From an uncultured virus (IMG/VR IMGVR_UViG_3300034378_000239) (taxonomy: Duplodnaviria > Heunggongvirae > Uroviricota > Caudoviricetes): DNA of 64,000 nt. The DNA is taken from the IMG/VR virus record IMGVR_UViG_3300034378_000239; one strand, 5' to 3'. The notes under the pieces were generated by a model. The model saw only the letters and a program-made list of their open reading frames with translations, made no database searches and was not told where the DNA came from. Below are positions 1 through 9,035 of this stretch, one piece after another (positions within the stretch are counted from its first letter, which is position 1; every line of letters begins with the position of its first letter). A program made the translations under genes and the position numbers.

Positions 1-109
1 CCACAGGCCGGACACTTGGTCCTTTGCGCTTGGTAGTCGTATCGGGCTGCCAGAAGGACCCTGCGCTCGCCTCCGGGCGCCCCGGGGATGTTGACGATGT
101 CGCCTTCGT

Positions 110-340
110 TCATGGTCCCTCCTCGTCAGGGTTTCGATCCTCGGGCCTGGAGACGATCGTCTCGGACACCCCCTTGGCGGCCATCACGAGCTGGCCGGGC
201 GTGAAGTTTCCGCCGGACATGCCGAGGTTGCCGTAGTAGGGGTTGTCCACGAAGGGGATGCACTCGGTGTAGAGGTGGCAGCCGTAGCTGGGCTCCTCCT
301 GCTTGACGGTTTCCTCGGTCAGGTCCATCGGGTTGTTCAT
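110..340 (-). CDS. hypothetical protein
   Basis: ATG with upstream AAGGAGGA RBS; lies in a run of minus-strand small genes. Confidence 0.5.
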   Translation of the reverse strand: MNNPMDLTEETVKQEEPSYGCHLYTECIPFVDNPYYGNLGMSGGNFTPGQLVMAAKGVSETIVSRPEDRNPDEEGP

Positions 341-370
341 GCGCCTGGTCCTCCTTTTGGGGATCGATCC

Positions 371-709
371 TCACAGCGGGTCGTCCTCGTCATCGAACCG
401 ATCGGGGCCGCCGCGTTCGGCGTAGCCGGCGACCTCGACGCAGACGAGCTTTTCCTGGAACAGGTGCCAGACGAGGGAGTCGCCCTCCATGAGCCAGGTC
501 GAGACGTGGCGGAAGCCCTCGACGTCGGCCGGCTCGCCGGTGCCGAGGAGCCGGAAGCGGACCTCGACCTCGGGCATCTCGGTGTCGACGAGGGCCCACA
601 CGAACACGCCCTCTCGCTGAAGGCCGGTATGAAGGGCAAAGGCGCCCTGCGGCATCTTCAGGGCGAACTCACGGTCGGGAAAGATCGGGTACTTGTAGAT
701 CGTCTTCAT
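371..709 (-). CDS. conserved small phage protein (MKTIYKY...VWALVD...GTG...LVWHLF type)
   Basis: Motif pattern typical of a widespread phage hypothetical family. Confidence 0.75.
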   Translation of the reverse strand: MKTIYKYPIFPDREFALKMPQGAFALHTGLQREGVFVWALVDTEMPEVEVRFRLLGTGEPADVEGFRHVSTWLMEGDSLVWHLFQEKLVCVEVAGYAERGGPDRFDDEDDPL

Positions 710-715
710 GGGTCA

Positions 716-743
716 TCCTGCGGCTTTGCCGCGGTCACGTTTT
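716..743. repeat. 28-bp direct repeat copy 1 (TCCTGCGGCTTTGCCGCGGTCACGTTTT)
   Basis: Identical to 2003-2030; contains GCGGC-TTT-GCCGC hairpin. Confidence 0.9.
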
Positions 744-1058
744 GGTGGGAGAGCGATCCTTGTCGTTCAGGATCTCAAGCGCGACCTCAGACTCGGCCGC
801 GCGGATCAGGCTCAGGGCCAGATCCTTGCTCATGTTTCGGCGAAGCAGTTCCGCGGCGGCGATGAGCTTGTCCGCAGGCTCAAGAGCAGCGACACGATGG
901 AAGAGGCGCTTGGTGTCAGGGTCCATGTCCCACTCCGTTGGGGGAGGGATCCTTGGGATAAGCGGCGAAGCCTTCGAGGCGCTCGGCGCAGATTTCGAGA
1001 ATGCGTTTGTGGCCCTCGGCAAACTCCGGCTCGCGGTGGGCATCATCGCGCAGCGCAA
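735..1058 (-). CDS. hypothetical protein (true start probably internal, MDPDTK)
   Basis: Helical, protein-like C-terminal half; operon context. Confidence 0.45.
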   Translation of the reverse strand: MRCAMMPTASRSLPRATNAFSKSAPSASKASPLIPRIPPPTEWDMDPDTKRLFHRVAALEPADKLIAAAELLRRNMSKDLALSLIRAAESEVALEILNDKDRSPTKT

Positions 1059-1290
1059 AGCGTATGTCGGAGGCTATATTTCGTGCTTTCCGCACCATCA
1101 GCTCGGTACGGCCGCGCTCACGTTGGAGCAGTTTGGTGCCGCTCCTAAGGTTTCCGAGCGCGGCCTCCATCTCAGCCAGCGCGTCGTCCCGTTCCTGCTC
1201 GGCTAGGCCCGTACGCTTCTTCCAAGCCTCTAGCTCGTCCAGCACTTGTGCTAGTTCATCCGATACTCGCTGGGCGTCTTCGATGCTCAT
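916..1290 (-). CDS. hypothetical coiled-coil protein
   Basis: GAGGTG RBS before ATG; heptad-like composition. Confidence 0.6.
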   Translation of the reverse strand: MSIEDAQRVSDELAQVLDELEAWKKRTGLAEQERDDALAEMEAALGNLRSGTKLLQRERGRTELMVRKARNIASDIRFALRDDAHREPEFAEGHKRILEICAERLEGFAAYPKDPSPNGVGHGP

Positions 1291-1294
1291 GGTC

Positions 1295-1597
1295 TCACCT
1301 CTGTGGGGATTCGATCCTGCTTTGGGCCGAGCGCCGAAAGACCGCCAGCATTACCTCCACGAGCGAGGGCTCGCTGATCACGAAGCTCTCGCCCTTTGCG
1401 TCCGTCATGGTGGCCGTCGTGGTGCTGGCGGCCCGCTGGATGGTGATCGTCCGCCCCTCCGACGCCAACCCCTCGAACAGCCCGAGCACTACTCCGACGG
1501 TGAGGTGGTCGAGGATCATGCCGGACTCCTCCGCGATCAGCCTGGTCAGCTCGACGTATCTCTTGAGGACTTCCTCAGTCAGGTCTATTTGGTCCAT
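1295..1597 (-). CDS. hypothetical protein (start MDQIDL)
   Basis: AGGAGA RBS; protein-like composition. Confidence 0.5.
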   Translation of the reverse strand: MDQIDLTEEVLKRYVELTRLIAEESGMILDHLTVGVVLGLFEGLASEGRTITIQRAASTTTATMTDAKGESFVISEPSLVEVMLAVFRRSAQSRIESPQR

Positions 1598-1991
1598 CGG
1601 GCTTGTTCTCCTGTGGCGTTTCGATCCATCCGCGACAGCAGGCGACGTGGCTCCGCTCGACCACTTCGTCCTCGAAGCACTCGGCCCGAAGCGGGGCGAG
1701 GCGCGGCGGGAAGTAAACCGTCCCCCGACGCTTGGGGACACCGTAGCTCTCGTTCATGATCTGCTGCCAGTGCTCGGACTCGCCCTCACCTGCGCACAGC
1801 GGGCACGCTTCGGCCCGCGACGTCTCGGGTGCCCGCTCGTCAGTGCACGGGATGCCGTCGGGGCGGTGTACGGGGCAGAAGATCGGGCCGGCCGGATGGA
1901 AGTACCAGCCGATGGCCCGAAGGCCGATCGCGCCGCCCGTGCCGGTCGCCCGGCTATTGCAGCCCGGGTGCTCACACTCCCAGAGGTTCAT
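1575..1991 (-). CDS. Cys-rich hypothetical protein
   Basis: CEHPGC, CPVH, CPLC motifs; overlaps the recombinase stop. Confidence 0.55.
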   Translation of the reverse strand: MNLWECEHPGCNSRATGTGGAIGLRAIGWYFHPAGPIFCPVHRPDGIPCTDERAPETSRAEACPLCAGEGESEHWQQIMNESYGVPKRRGTVYFPPRLAPLRAECFEDEVVERSHVACCRGWIETPQENKPDGPNRPD

Positions 1992-2710
1992 GCGGATTTT
2001 CTTCCTGCGGCTTTGCCGCGGTCACGTTTTTGCAGGTCCGGGTGGCGCCCGGACGGCCCGGACCGGGCGAGAGGCCCGGGGGGCAGCTCGAATTCGGCGG
2101 ATTGGTGTCCGTCGGCAAACCGATCCTTGGCGTCGAGGGCGCGCTGGACGTCGTCGAGGGCGTGATCGAGCCCGAGCTGCCGCAGGTGCTCGTAGGTGCT
2201 GGCGATGCTCTGGTGTCCAAGCACGTACGACATGGAGGTGATGACGACTCCGTGACGCACCAGGCGCGCCGTGAAGCGGTATCTCAGGCCGTGGGCATGG
2301 ACCCGCTTCAGGATGCCGGCTCGTTCTCCAAGGCCGCTCAGTAGGCGCCGGACGTACGGGGCCGACAGAGGGCGTCCGTGGAGCCCACAGCACACCACGG
2401 CATCCCCGGGGATGCCGTGGCCGGCCCGGGCCTCCAGCCAGCTTCTCGTGGCTACCAGGGCCTCTGGTGAGGCCGGGATGACGCGCTCATGGCCTCCGTT
2501 CCCATGCCGAACATGGACCGTCTCCTCGGCCCACTCCACATCCCGCGGCTCCAGCGCCAGCACCTCCGAGATCCGGCACCCGGTCCCTTCCAGCAGCAGA
2601 ATCAGCGCGCGGTTGCGCAGCCCGACCGCGCTATCGTCGCACTGTGCCAAAAGCGCATCCGACTCCTCGTCGGTGAGCAGCTCGCGCGGCAACGTTCGTT
2701 TCGTCCCCAT
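1988..2710 (-). CDS. tyrosine recombinase catalytic-domain protein, possibly degenerate
   Basis: LRNRAL...TGCRISE, HAHGLR and LGH motifs; no N-terminal core-binding domain. Confidence 0.9.
   Translation of the reverse strand: MGTKRTLPRELLTDEESDALLAQCDDSAVGLRNRALILLLEGTGCRISEVLALEPRDVEWAEETVHVRHGNGGHERVIPASPEALVATRSWLEARAGHGIPGDAVVCCGLHGRPLSAPYVRRLLSGLGERAGILKRVHAHGLRYRFTARLVRHGVVITSMSYVLGHQSIASTYEHLRQLGLDHALDDVQRALDAKDRFADGHQSAEFELPPGPLARSGPSGRHPDLQKRDRGKAAGRKSA
2003..2030. repeat. 28-bp direct repeat copy 2
   Basis: Identical to 716-743; lies inside the 3' end of the recombinase gene. Confidence 0.9.
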
Positions 2711-3231
2711 CAGCAACCTCCTACGTGTGTCTTCCCGCACCGAACGCACTCATCCGCAGCACGCCCAGGAGCGTGGCCAGGGCGCTGGGGAACACCGAGC
2801 GGCCGACCTTGTCGACGTGCAGCGCGCCACAGGACGCACACCAGCGGTAGTCCGTCTTCGGCAGCCGGTACGTGCTCGACGCCATGCAGGAGGAGCATCC
2901 CAGCTCGCTGTCATCCAGGTCCGGGGCATAGTGCCCGGGCGGCGGCGGAGGAATCGGCGAGTCCGACAATCGCTTGTCTTTCATCTGCCGACCTCCCGGG
3001 ACCGCACTTTCCCTCGCCCAGAAATGGCCCGGTCCACCGCCCTCGTGACCGAATCGAGCATGAGCCGCCCGATGGCCTCGTGCATGTCTTCGAGCGTGCA
3101 GACTCTCGCCGTTCCGTTCTTCACGTCGACCAGGACGGTCGTCCCACAGTCGTAGACCAAGACGACGCACGTGTTGTGCGAGGCAGTGATCGCGTCATAG
3201 AGGTCGCCCGTGGGCAAGGATCGTTTCTCGT

Positions 3232-3495
3232 TCATTCCGTTCCTCCCGACTCCGACCACGACCCCGACCGCGACCACGACCGCGACCACGACCCCGACCG
3301 CGACCCCAACCACGACCACGACCCCGATCCCGACCCCGACCGCGACCGCGACCCCGACCCCGACCCCGCCCGCGACCGCGACCCCGACCACGACCGCGAC
3401 CGCGACCACGACCCCGACCGCGACCCCGACCACGACCACGACCCCGACCCCGACCGCGATCCCAGCCGCGCGGCTACCACTATTGCGGCGGTCAT
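3232..3495 (-). CDS. Ser/Gly/Arg/Trp low-complexity repeat protein, copy 1
   Basis: MTAAIVVAARL followed by (S-G/S-R/S-W)n; ATGA overlap with the upstream gene. Confidence 0.55.
   Translation of the reverse strand: MTAAIVVAARLGSRSGSGSWSWSGSRSGSWSRSRSWSGSRSRAGSGSGSRSRSGSGSGSWSWLGSRSGSWSRSWSRSGSWSESGGTE
3250..3460. repeat. degenerate hexamer tandem array (CGACCC/CGACCG/CGACCA)
   Basis: Directly visible. Confidence 0.95.
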
Positions 3496-3887
3496 TTTAC
3501 CTCGTGCGGCAACTCGCAGGGGTGGATCGTCACGTCAGACGTCGCGCCGACATTGACCGCGATGACACGCTCTCCGCCGACCGGCTCGATCTCCGAGTCC
3601 TTGGCGTTTTGCAGACCTCTCTGCGATGCCTCCGAGAAGCGCCCGTCGGTGCCGACGTAGGACGCCTCGGTCAGGATCAGCCATTCGCCGCGGCGCTCCT
3701 TGATCCGGCCCGTCGTGCTGTAGATCGCCCCGCGAACGTAGACCGCTGTGCCAACAGGGAACGGTAGCTCGTTGCCGTGCGAAACCGTGGTCTCGCCGAA
3801 CATGCCCAGCAGCTCGCGCATCTGGGGGATAAGTTCGCGCGCCCGAGCGATTGTGAGTGAATCGAAGTTGATGTCGTCCATTTCCAT
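3492..3887 (-). CDS. conserved phage protein (DUF6948-like)
   Basis: VGTAVYVRG..Y.TTGRI...EASYVGTDGRFSEA pattern; family commonly found next to SG-repeat ORFs. Confidence 0.7.
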   Translation of the reverse strand: MEMDDINFDSLTIARARELIPQMRELLGMFGETTVSHGNELPFPVGTAVYVRGAIYSTTGRIKERRGEWLILTEASYVGTDGRFSEASQRGLQNAKDSEIEPVGGERVIAVNVGATSDVTIHPCELPHEVK

Positions 3888-3931
3888 TCGTCCTTGTTTG
3901 TTGTTGTTGGTGTAATAGTGAAAAGCGCTCA

Positions 3932-4147
3932 CTACGACCTCGACCGCGACCGCGACCCCGACCGCGACCGCGACCACGACCCCGATCCCGACCCCGACTG
4001 CGACCCCGACCACGACCCCGATCCCGACCCCGACCCCGACCACGACCCCGACCCCGACCGCGACCCCGACCGCGACCGCGACCCCGACTCCGACCACGAC
4101 CCCGACCACGACCCCAGCCGCGCGGCTACCACTATTGCGGCGGTCAT
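3932..4147 (-). CDS. Ser/Gly/Arg/Trp low-complexity repeat protein, copy 2
   Basis: Same MTAAIVVAARLGS N-terminus as 3232-3495; ATGA overlap. Confidence 0.55.
   Translation of the reverse strand: MTAAIVVAARLGSWSGSWSESGSRSRSGSRSGSGSWSGSGSGSGSWSGSQSGSGSGSWSRSRSGSRSRSRS
3935..4114. repeat. degenerate hexamer tandem array, second block
   Basis: Directly visible. Confidence 0.95.
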
Positions 4148-4932
4148 TCCGCCACCGCTTCCCTTCTCGCCTTCAGGTCGGTGGCCGCCGCCTGCTCCAC
4201 GAACACCCCGGTCGTCTTCAGAAGCTTCACCAACAGCTCGCCGGCCGGCGTCAGCTCCCAGGTGTCGCAGATGTGGTCCTGGTAGCGCTGCACGTCCTCG
4301 ACGACGCTGCGCTCGGCTGCTTCTCCCCGCAGCACCCTGGTGCCGCGGTGACGCACGAGCCCACGCCGTTCGAGAGCGAGGACGGTGGTGTGGTTCAGGG
4401 GTTGGGCTAGGCCCATCGAGTGTCGGAACACCGACCGGTCGGGGTCGACCTGGTCCGCGACGGCGCAGAGTTGTTCCAGCATCGGCTGGGTGAGGACCAG
4501 GGCAAACCCGGTCCGCAGCGTCGAGCGGAGGAACAGGGCACGCCAAGCATCCGGGAGCGCCGGGACGGCGAAGCCGTCTTCGTCGCGTCTGCCGCCGTCG
4601 GCGGTAGACTCGAATCGGCCGCGGTCGGTCCGTCCCTTTTGGGCGCGGAACGCCTGGGTGATCCGGCTCTTGTGCACGCAGGTCGTCTTTCCAGCCCGTT
4701 TCCCGGTCGCCGCCACGCAGGGCTTCCCCGGCTTCGCTCCACAGTGCTCGCAGGTGAAGTCCTCGGTCTTGGGAAGCGGCGCCTGGGCCGACAGCTCCTC
4801 GAACCGCCGTAGCCGCGCTTCATGCCAGCCTCGCTTGACGTTGCAGCGGGCACCGGGCTCCACGCCGCACCTGGGGCACTCGACCAAAAGCGCGTCTGGG
4901 ATCGTGGGAATCTCAGGTTGTTTCTTGCTCAC
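4144..4932 (-). CDS. protein with two CxxC..PG..C..H..R zinc fingers and a winged-helix-like C-terminus
   Basis: CPRCGVEPGARC..WHEAR; CEHCGAKPGKPC..VHKSR; LERRGLV...WELTPAG. Confidence 0.75.
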   Translation of the reverse strand: MSKKQPEIPTIPDALLVECPRCGVEPGARCNVKRGWHEARLRRFEELSAQAPLPKTEDFTCEHCGAKPGKPCVAATGKRAGKTTCVHKSRITQAFRAQKGRTDRGRFESTADGGRRDEDGFAVPALPDAWRALFLRSTLRTGFALVLTQPMLEQLCAVADQVDPDRSVFRHSMGLAQPLNHTTVLALERRGLVRHRGTRVLRGEAAERSVVEDVQRYQDHICDTWELTPAGELLVKLLKTTGVFVEQAAATDLKARREAVAE

Positions 4933-4985
4933 GTCTCTCCTCCAGGATCGGTTCGCTCACCCTTCGGGACCTTCCGGCCTCCTCG

Positions 4986-5264
4986 TCACTTGAACGCCCT
5001 CTTGGCCGCGCGTTCGAGTTGGCGCTTGGTCTTCTTGGTGTTGACCGCGCCGCGGCCCTGGCCGACCTTCTTCTGGGCACGCGCCCAGGCGGCCGCGCGG
5101 CGGTTCATGCCCCGGCGGATCTGCTCGGAGAGTCGCTCCTTGGGATTTCGTTTGGTCGGCGGCCCGGCGAGCGTGTCGATGAGCACGTCGACCTTCTCGG
5201 TCAGGGTGTCCAGGCTCTCCTCGATCGAGCTGAGGCGTCGTTCAAGCTTCGCGTCACTCGCCAC
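4986..5264 (-). CDS. hypothetical basic protein
   Basis: Operon context; coiled-coil N-terminus. Confidence 0.55.
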   Translation of the reverse strand: MASDAKLERRLSSIEESLDTLTEKVDVLIDTLAGPPTKRNPKERLSEQIRRGMNRRAAAWARAQKKVGQGRGAVNTKKTKRQLERAAKRAFK

Positions 5265-5781
5265 GTGGGATCTCCTCGAGCAGGATCTGAAGCGTCTCGC
5301 GACGAACCTGCTTCTTGCTCAGGTAGAAGAGCCAGTACGCGCGCCACATGTGAGAGGCGATCTCCTCGGCGTGCTGCTCGAGCTGGTCTTGCGTGAGGCC
5401 CATGCGCTTTTCGGCCCGCAGCTGGAGCCGAAAGCACTGGACTTCGAGCGCCCAACGCCACTTGGCCCAGATGTAGAGGCGAAAGCAGCGGTCCCGCCAC
5501 TGGCGCATGTGGCCGACCTCGTGCCAGGAAAGCGACGCCTGCGCGAACGCCGGCATCTCGTCCCAGCTTTCGGGGTAAAGAAGCGCGCACCAAGGGAGCG
5601 TCGTGGCCTTCCTCGACCAGCGAACGCCACTGAGGATCTTGTGTCGCGCGCGAAAGCCGAGCTCGTCTCTGATCCTCTGCGTGGCCAAAAGGCCCACGAA
5701 CGGGTCGACCGGGATCTCGTCCGGGTCGAGGAGGTACTTGCCGCTTCGGGCGTAGCGAAGGTGTTTCCTTTTGAGTCTCAC
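5254..5781 (-). CDS. putative zinc metallopeptidase-like protein (HExxH)
   Basis: WHEVGHMRQW...LEVQCF. Confidence 0.65.
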   Translation of the reverse strand: MRLKRKHLRYARSGKYLLDPDEIPVDPFVGLLATQRIRDELGFRARHKILSGVRWSRKATTLPWCALLYPESWDEMPAFAQASLSWHEVGHMRQWRDRCFRLYIWAKWRWALEVQCFRLQLRAEKRMGLTQDQLEQHAEEIASHMWRAYWLFYLSKKQVRRETLQILLEEIPRGE

Positions 5782-6164
5782 TTTGGGCTCCTCAGGATCG
5801 GTACTCCGTGCTTCTCAGCGTACCAGATCGTCGAGGCGGTCCCCTTTCCGCCGGGGAAAGCGACAACGAATGATCCCGGAAAGCGGCAGACGTAGCGGAC
5901 CATCAGGCGGTTTCGCTCCGGCCCGGCCCACGGACGGTATTCCCCGTTGTGGCCCCGCCAGTGGGCCTCAAAGATCTTGACCGGGAGCTCGAGCGCCGAC
6001 GCGATCCGGCCGCCCCACGAGTCGTACCCGGTCGCGCCGCCGTGCACGACCTCGACCGCGCGGTGGCGGCGGAGGATCGTACGCAGCCAGAACGCCTCGG
6101 CATCGGTGGGCTGGCCGTTGCGGCTGCCGCAGACGAGCGCTCGTGGGCCGCGAGGGAGGTTCAT
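5778..6164 (-). CDS. SLOG/YspA-like (DUF2493) protein
   Basis: LVCGSR, VVHGGATGYD, AGPERN..M, VAFPGGKGT motifs. Confidence 0.9.
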   Translation of the reverse strand: MNLPRGPRALVCGSRNGQPTDAEAFWLRTILRRHRAVEVVHGGATGYDSWGGRIASALELPVKIFEAHWRGHNGEYRPWAGPERNRLMVRYVCRFPGSFVVAFPGGKGTASTIWYAEKHGVPILRSPK

Positions 6165-6802
6165 TGGTCGATCTCGCCTCGCTTGGGCATGACCGTCGCG
6201 CACCAGATCGAGCCGTCCTTGGCCTTGCCCCTTATCACGAAGGGCGAAAGCTCGTCGCCGAAGAAGCGAAGCTCGAGCGTGTCGCCGAGCACCGGAAGCA
6301 GCTTGGTGAGATCGGCGAGGTAGCGATGGCCGATCCGGATCCGAGAAAGCGGCGCCTCCTCCTCGTCATCGGGCTCGACCTCCTCGAACCTCGTGATCCG
6401 CTCGGGTACGTTTCCGGTCGTTCGTGCAGCCATCGTGAGGACGAGCCCATCGTCTTCCTGGTGGACCAAGGTGGCTACGGAGCGCCCCTCGGAAAGGACG
6501 ATCTCGGCCTGGTCCTGGTCGTCCATCACCCAAAAAAGCCGTTTGAGCAGCCCGCGCGAGAGCGTGACTTGTGTCTTGCCGCCGATCCCTTGGGCGCCCG
6601 GCGCCCTCACGGTCAGCATGCGGGCCCCGTTCGTGGCAGCGATCACGCCCGGTTCGTAAAGAAGGTAAACGCCTTGCATCCACATGCGACCGCCCGGGTC
6701 CTTGGTCGAAAACGTGAGGAGCGCGTGAAGCTCGGCGCGCGAAAGCGTCCAGGTCGGGATCTTGTCTCTCAGCTCCAGGATCACGCTTTTCCTTCCTTCC
6801 AC
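6161..6802 (-). CDS. DNA polymerase III beta-clamp-like protein (partial fold)
   Basis: GVYL...IAATNG.RM; YLADL...LELRF.....PFVI.....ATVMPKR. Confidence 0.65.
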   Translation of the reverse strand: MEGRKSVILELRDKIPTWTLSRAELHALLTFSTKDPGGRMWMQGVYLLYEPGVIAATNGARMLTVRAPGAQGIGGKTQVTLSRGLLKRLFWVMDDQDQAEIVLSEGRSVATLVHQEDDGLVLTMAARTTGNVPERITRFEEVEPDDEEEAPLSRIRIGHRYLADLTKLLPVLGDTLELRFFGDELSPFVIRGKAKDGSIWCATVMPKRGEIDQ

Positions 6803-6967
6803 TTCTTTCGAACCCAGCGCAGAAGCCGGTATCGGAACCCGGCCCTGCGCTCGAGTTCGCGGTGCGCCAGGCGGCCGATAAGCGATTTCGGCTCGGGGGC
6901 CTTCTTGAGCGGCTCGGCGAGGCGCTCGGCCTGCCTTTTGAGCCTGAGGACCTTGCCGAGGGTCTTC

Positions 6968-7324
6968 TCATCCACGAGGGCCCCCATTTCGGCGGGCAAA
7001 CCCCAAAAACGTCTCGCGGAGGGCGCCCCGCGGGAAGCCCTCCGAGGCAGCAAAGCGGTCGAGTTCATCGACTTCGGCCTCGTGGAGGGCATGGATCCCC
7101 GGAAGCGCCCCACGCGCCCTGGCGGCGGTGAAGATCTCCCTGACCCGAGCCTCGATCCTTCGGCGGGCATGAAAGCCCCAAACGGCTAGGGTCACGAAGA
7201 CGAGCGCGGCCAGGGCACTTAGCGGGTGCCCGCGAGTGATGCCTAGCGCCACGAAGGCCACGAGCGCCGCCATGGCCGCGGAGAGACGGCCGCGCGAAAG
7301 CGCGAGGCCGACCGGGCCGATCAC
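6968..7324 (-). CDS. putative membrane protein
   Basis: Two hydrophobic segments at the N-terminus. Confidence 0.5.
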   Translation of the reverse strand: MIGPVGLALSRGRLSAAMAALVAFVALGITRGHPLSALAALVFVTLAVWGFHARRRIEARVREIFTAARARGALPGIHALHEAEVDELDRFAASEGFPRGALRETFLGFARRNGGPRG

Positions 7325-7459
7325 GGCGAGTCTCCATGGAGCAAGAACACGAAGAACAGCACCAAGCAGATCCCCGCAACCACCGCGAACAGCATCATCG
7401 GCAGCTCGAGCGTGGGCTCCTCGTCCGGTAGCCGCGGCTTCATCTTCTCGGTCCTTTAC

Positions 7460-7765
7460 CTAGCCCCGATCCTTCTTTACAGGGGGCGCGTCCGCGGGTG
7501 CTTCCTCGGGCCCTGCGTCGGGGTCGCCGTAGGCTTTGTAGAGCACGTTGCGGATCTGGTATAGGGTGAAGCCTTGAACGACCGTGGCGAAGGCCAGGAC
7601 CTCGAGCGCGGCATCGCGCCGCTCGTTCACGGCGCCGCCTTGCTTGCCGATGAGGCCGAGCAGGCGCTCGGTGCAGTGCATCATGCCGTCTTCCGCGGCG
7701 CCGATGAACCTGAGCTCGCTCGGAATATCATCGTCTTCGGTGGGCTTTGTCTGTGGCTCTGGCAT
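7460..7765 (-). CDS. hypothetical protein (start MPEPQT)
   Basis: AAGGAGA RBS; first gene of the leftward operon. Confidence 0.55.
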   Translation of the reverse strand: MPEPQTKPTEDDDIPSELRFIGAAEDGMMHCTERLLGLIGKQGGAVNERRDAALEVLAFATVVQGFTLYQIRNVLYKAYGDPDAGPEEAPADAPPVKKDRG

Positions 7766-7784
7766 CACGTTCTCCTTTGCTCTC

Positions 7785-7921
7785 GATTCGAGCGGTTGAC
7801 TTACTTTACTTGCCAAGTCCCGTAAGTGCAAGCCCTCGGAGCGAGGTCTGCAAGGCCTTGATTTCGCGCGGTTTGGTTCCGGGTTTGGGAATTACCGGAA
7901 CCATGTGCTAGCCTCGCCGAA
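7785..7921. promoter_or_regulatory. divergent intergenic control region
   Basis: AT-richer gap between leftward and rightward operons; contains TTGACT. Confidence 0.45.
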
Positions 7922-8218
7922 ATGAGCACGAAACGAGAGCAAAGAAAGCCGCTTTGGACGAGCCCGACGCACGGAGTGAGCGTCGAGTGGCCGGACTGGG
8001 TGCCGATCCTTCAGGAGGACGAGCTCGAGTTTGTGAGCAGCACCGAATGGGCCCGCTCCGTGTTCCGCGATCCGCTTGCTCAGGGCGTCGTCCGGAAGCT
8101 GCTCGACGACGCCTTTCGAGAAGAGGGGTATTTGTGGACGGCACGCGCCGCGGCCAGGCAGTGGAAGACGGCCATGCGCGCCCTCGGCTACGTGGTCGAC
8201 GCGTGCGACTGGCGCTGA
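7922..8218 (+). CDS. hypothetical protein
   Basis: First gene of the rightward operon; protein-like composition. Confidence 0.55.
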   Translation: MSTKREQRKPLWTSPTHGVSVEWPDWVPILQEDELEFVSSTEWARSVFRDPLAQGVVRKLLDDAFREEGYLWTARAAARQWKTAMRALGYVVDACDWR

Positions 8219-8224
8219 GGGACC

Positions 8225-8437
8225 ATGGCACGGCAGTTCATCCGCATAGAGGTCGAACAGGACATGTTCGGGTATCGCGTGGACGTCAAGGAGTCCTCCT
8301 CGCAACATACCGCCGTCAGGATGCCGCCGCTTCCGAGCGCGAAGAACCTCGACGCCGACGCGGCCACTGAGGTCGTAAGAGCCGCCCTGGAAATGTGGTC
8401 GCGCTACGAGGTGGAGCAGGGCTGGACGGAGGAGTGA
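8225..8437 (+). CDS. hypothetical protein
   Basis: GAGGGA RBS; tight packing. Confidence 0.55.
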   Translation: MARQFIRIEVEQDMFGYRVDVKESSSQHTAVRMPPLPSAKNLDADAATEVVRAALEMWSRYEVEQGWTEE

Positions 8438-8441
8438 GGCC

Positions 8442-8654
8442 ATGAACGAAGCCCCAAAGCCCACCCAGGCGGCGCTGCAGCACATGAGCGAGGCAGCCGA
8501 GGCGGCCAAGGCATATCCGCCCGACACCCATCGCGCGGTCAGAACCCTCTGCGCGGTGCTCGTGCACTGCACCGGCGCCCTGGTTAGCGAGCTGGCCGAA
8601 ACCCGCGAGACCATCCACCGGTTCTGCCTTCAGCACGACCGTCTATATCGGTGA
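8442..8654 (+). CDS. hypothetical protein
   Basis: GGAG RBS; tight packing. Confidence 0.5.
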   Translation: MNEAPKPTQAALQHMSEAAEAAKAYPPDTHRAVRTLCAVLVHCTGALVSELAETRETIHRFCLQHDRLYR

Positions 8655-8684
8655 GCCTCGAATCTGCGAAAAAGGAACAGGACC

Positions 8685-9035
8685 ATGAAGACACCGATGA
8701 CGAAGGACGAGGCCAGAGAGGCGCTGGCCGTGTTCTTGGGCCAGAACCTCGACGAGGCGCTCCTTCGCGACCTCGCAGTCATGATCGACCATCTGAAGAG
8801 GCGGCCGCCGAGCCTGGTCCAGTTCGACCGCACCGTCTACAACTGCGACTCGGAGCGCTTCTACCGCCATGCGAAAGAGCTTTTCGACGTGCCGCTGGGC
8901 GCCCCCGCGTGGCTCGACAGGTTCGAGCACCTGATTCAGGACATCTGGGGCGAGCTCGGTCTCGATCCGGACGAGGACCCCGTGACACTGGTCAAGGATC
9001 GCTCGGAATTAGAAACAGGACCAAAGGGACCATGA
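8685..9035 (+). CDS. hypothetical protein
   Basis: AAGGA RBS; protein-like composition. Confidence 0.6.
   Translation: MKTPMTKDEAREALAVFLGQNLDEALLRDLAVMIDHLKRRPPSLVQFDRTVYNCDSERFYRHAKELFDVPLGAPAWLDRFEHLIQDIWGELGLDPDEDPVTLVKDRSELETGPKGP

Noticed and set aside
3250..4114. Hexamer arrays as CRISPR, or the + strand PT/DP-repeat ORFs as genes
   Set aside because: No unique spacers; neighbours, RBS and ATGA coupling all favour the minus-strand Ser-x frame.
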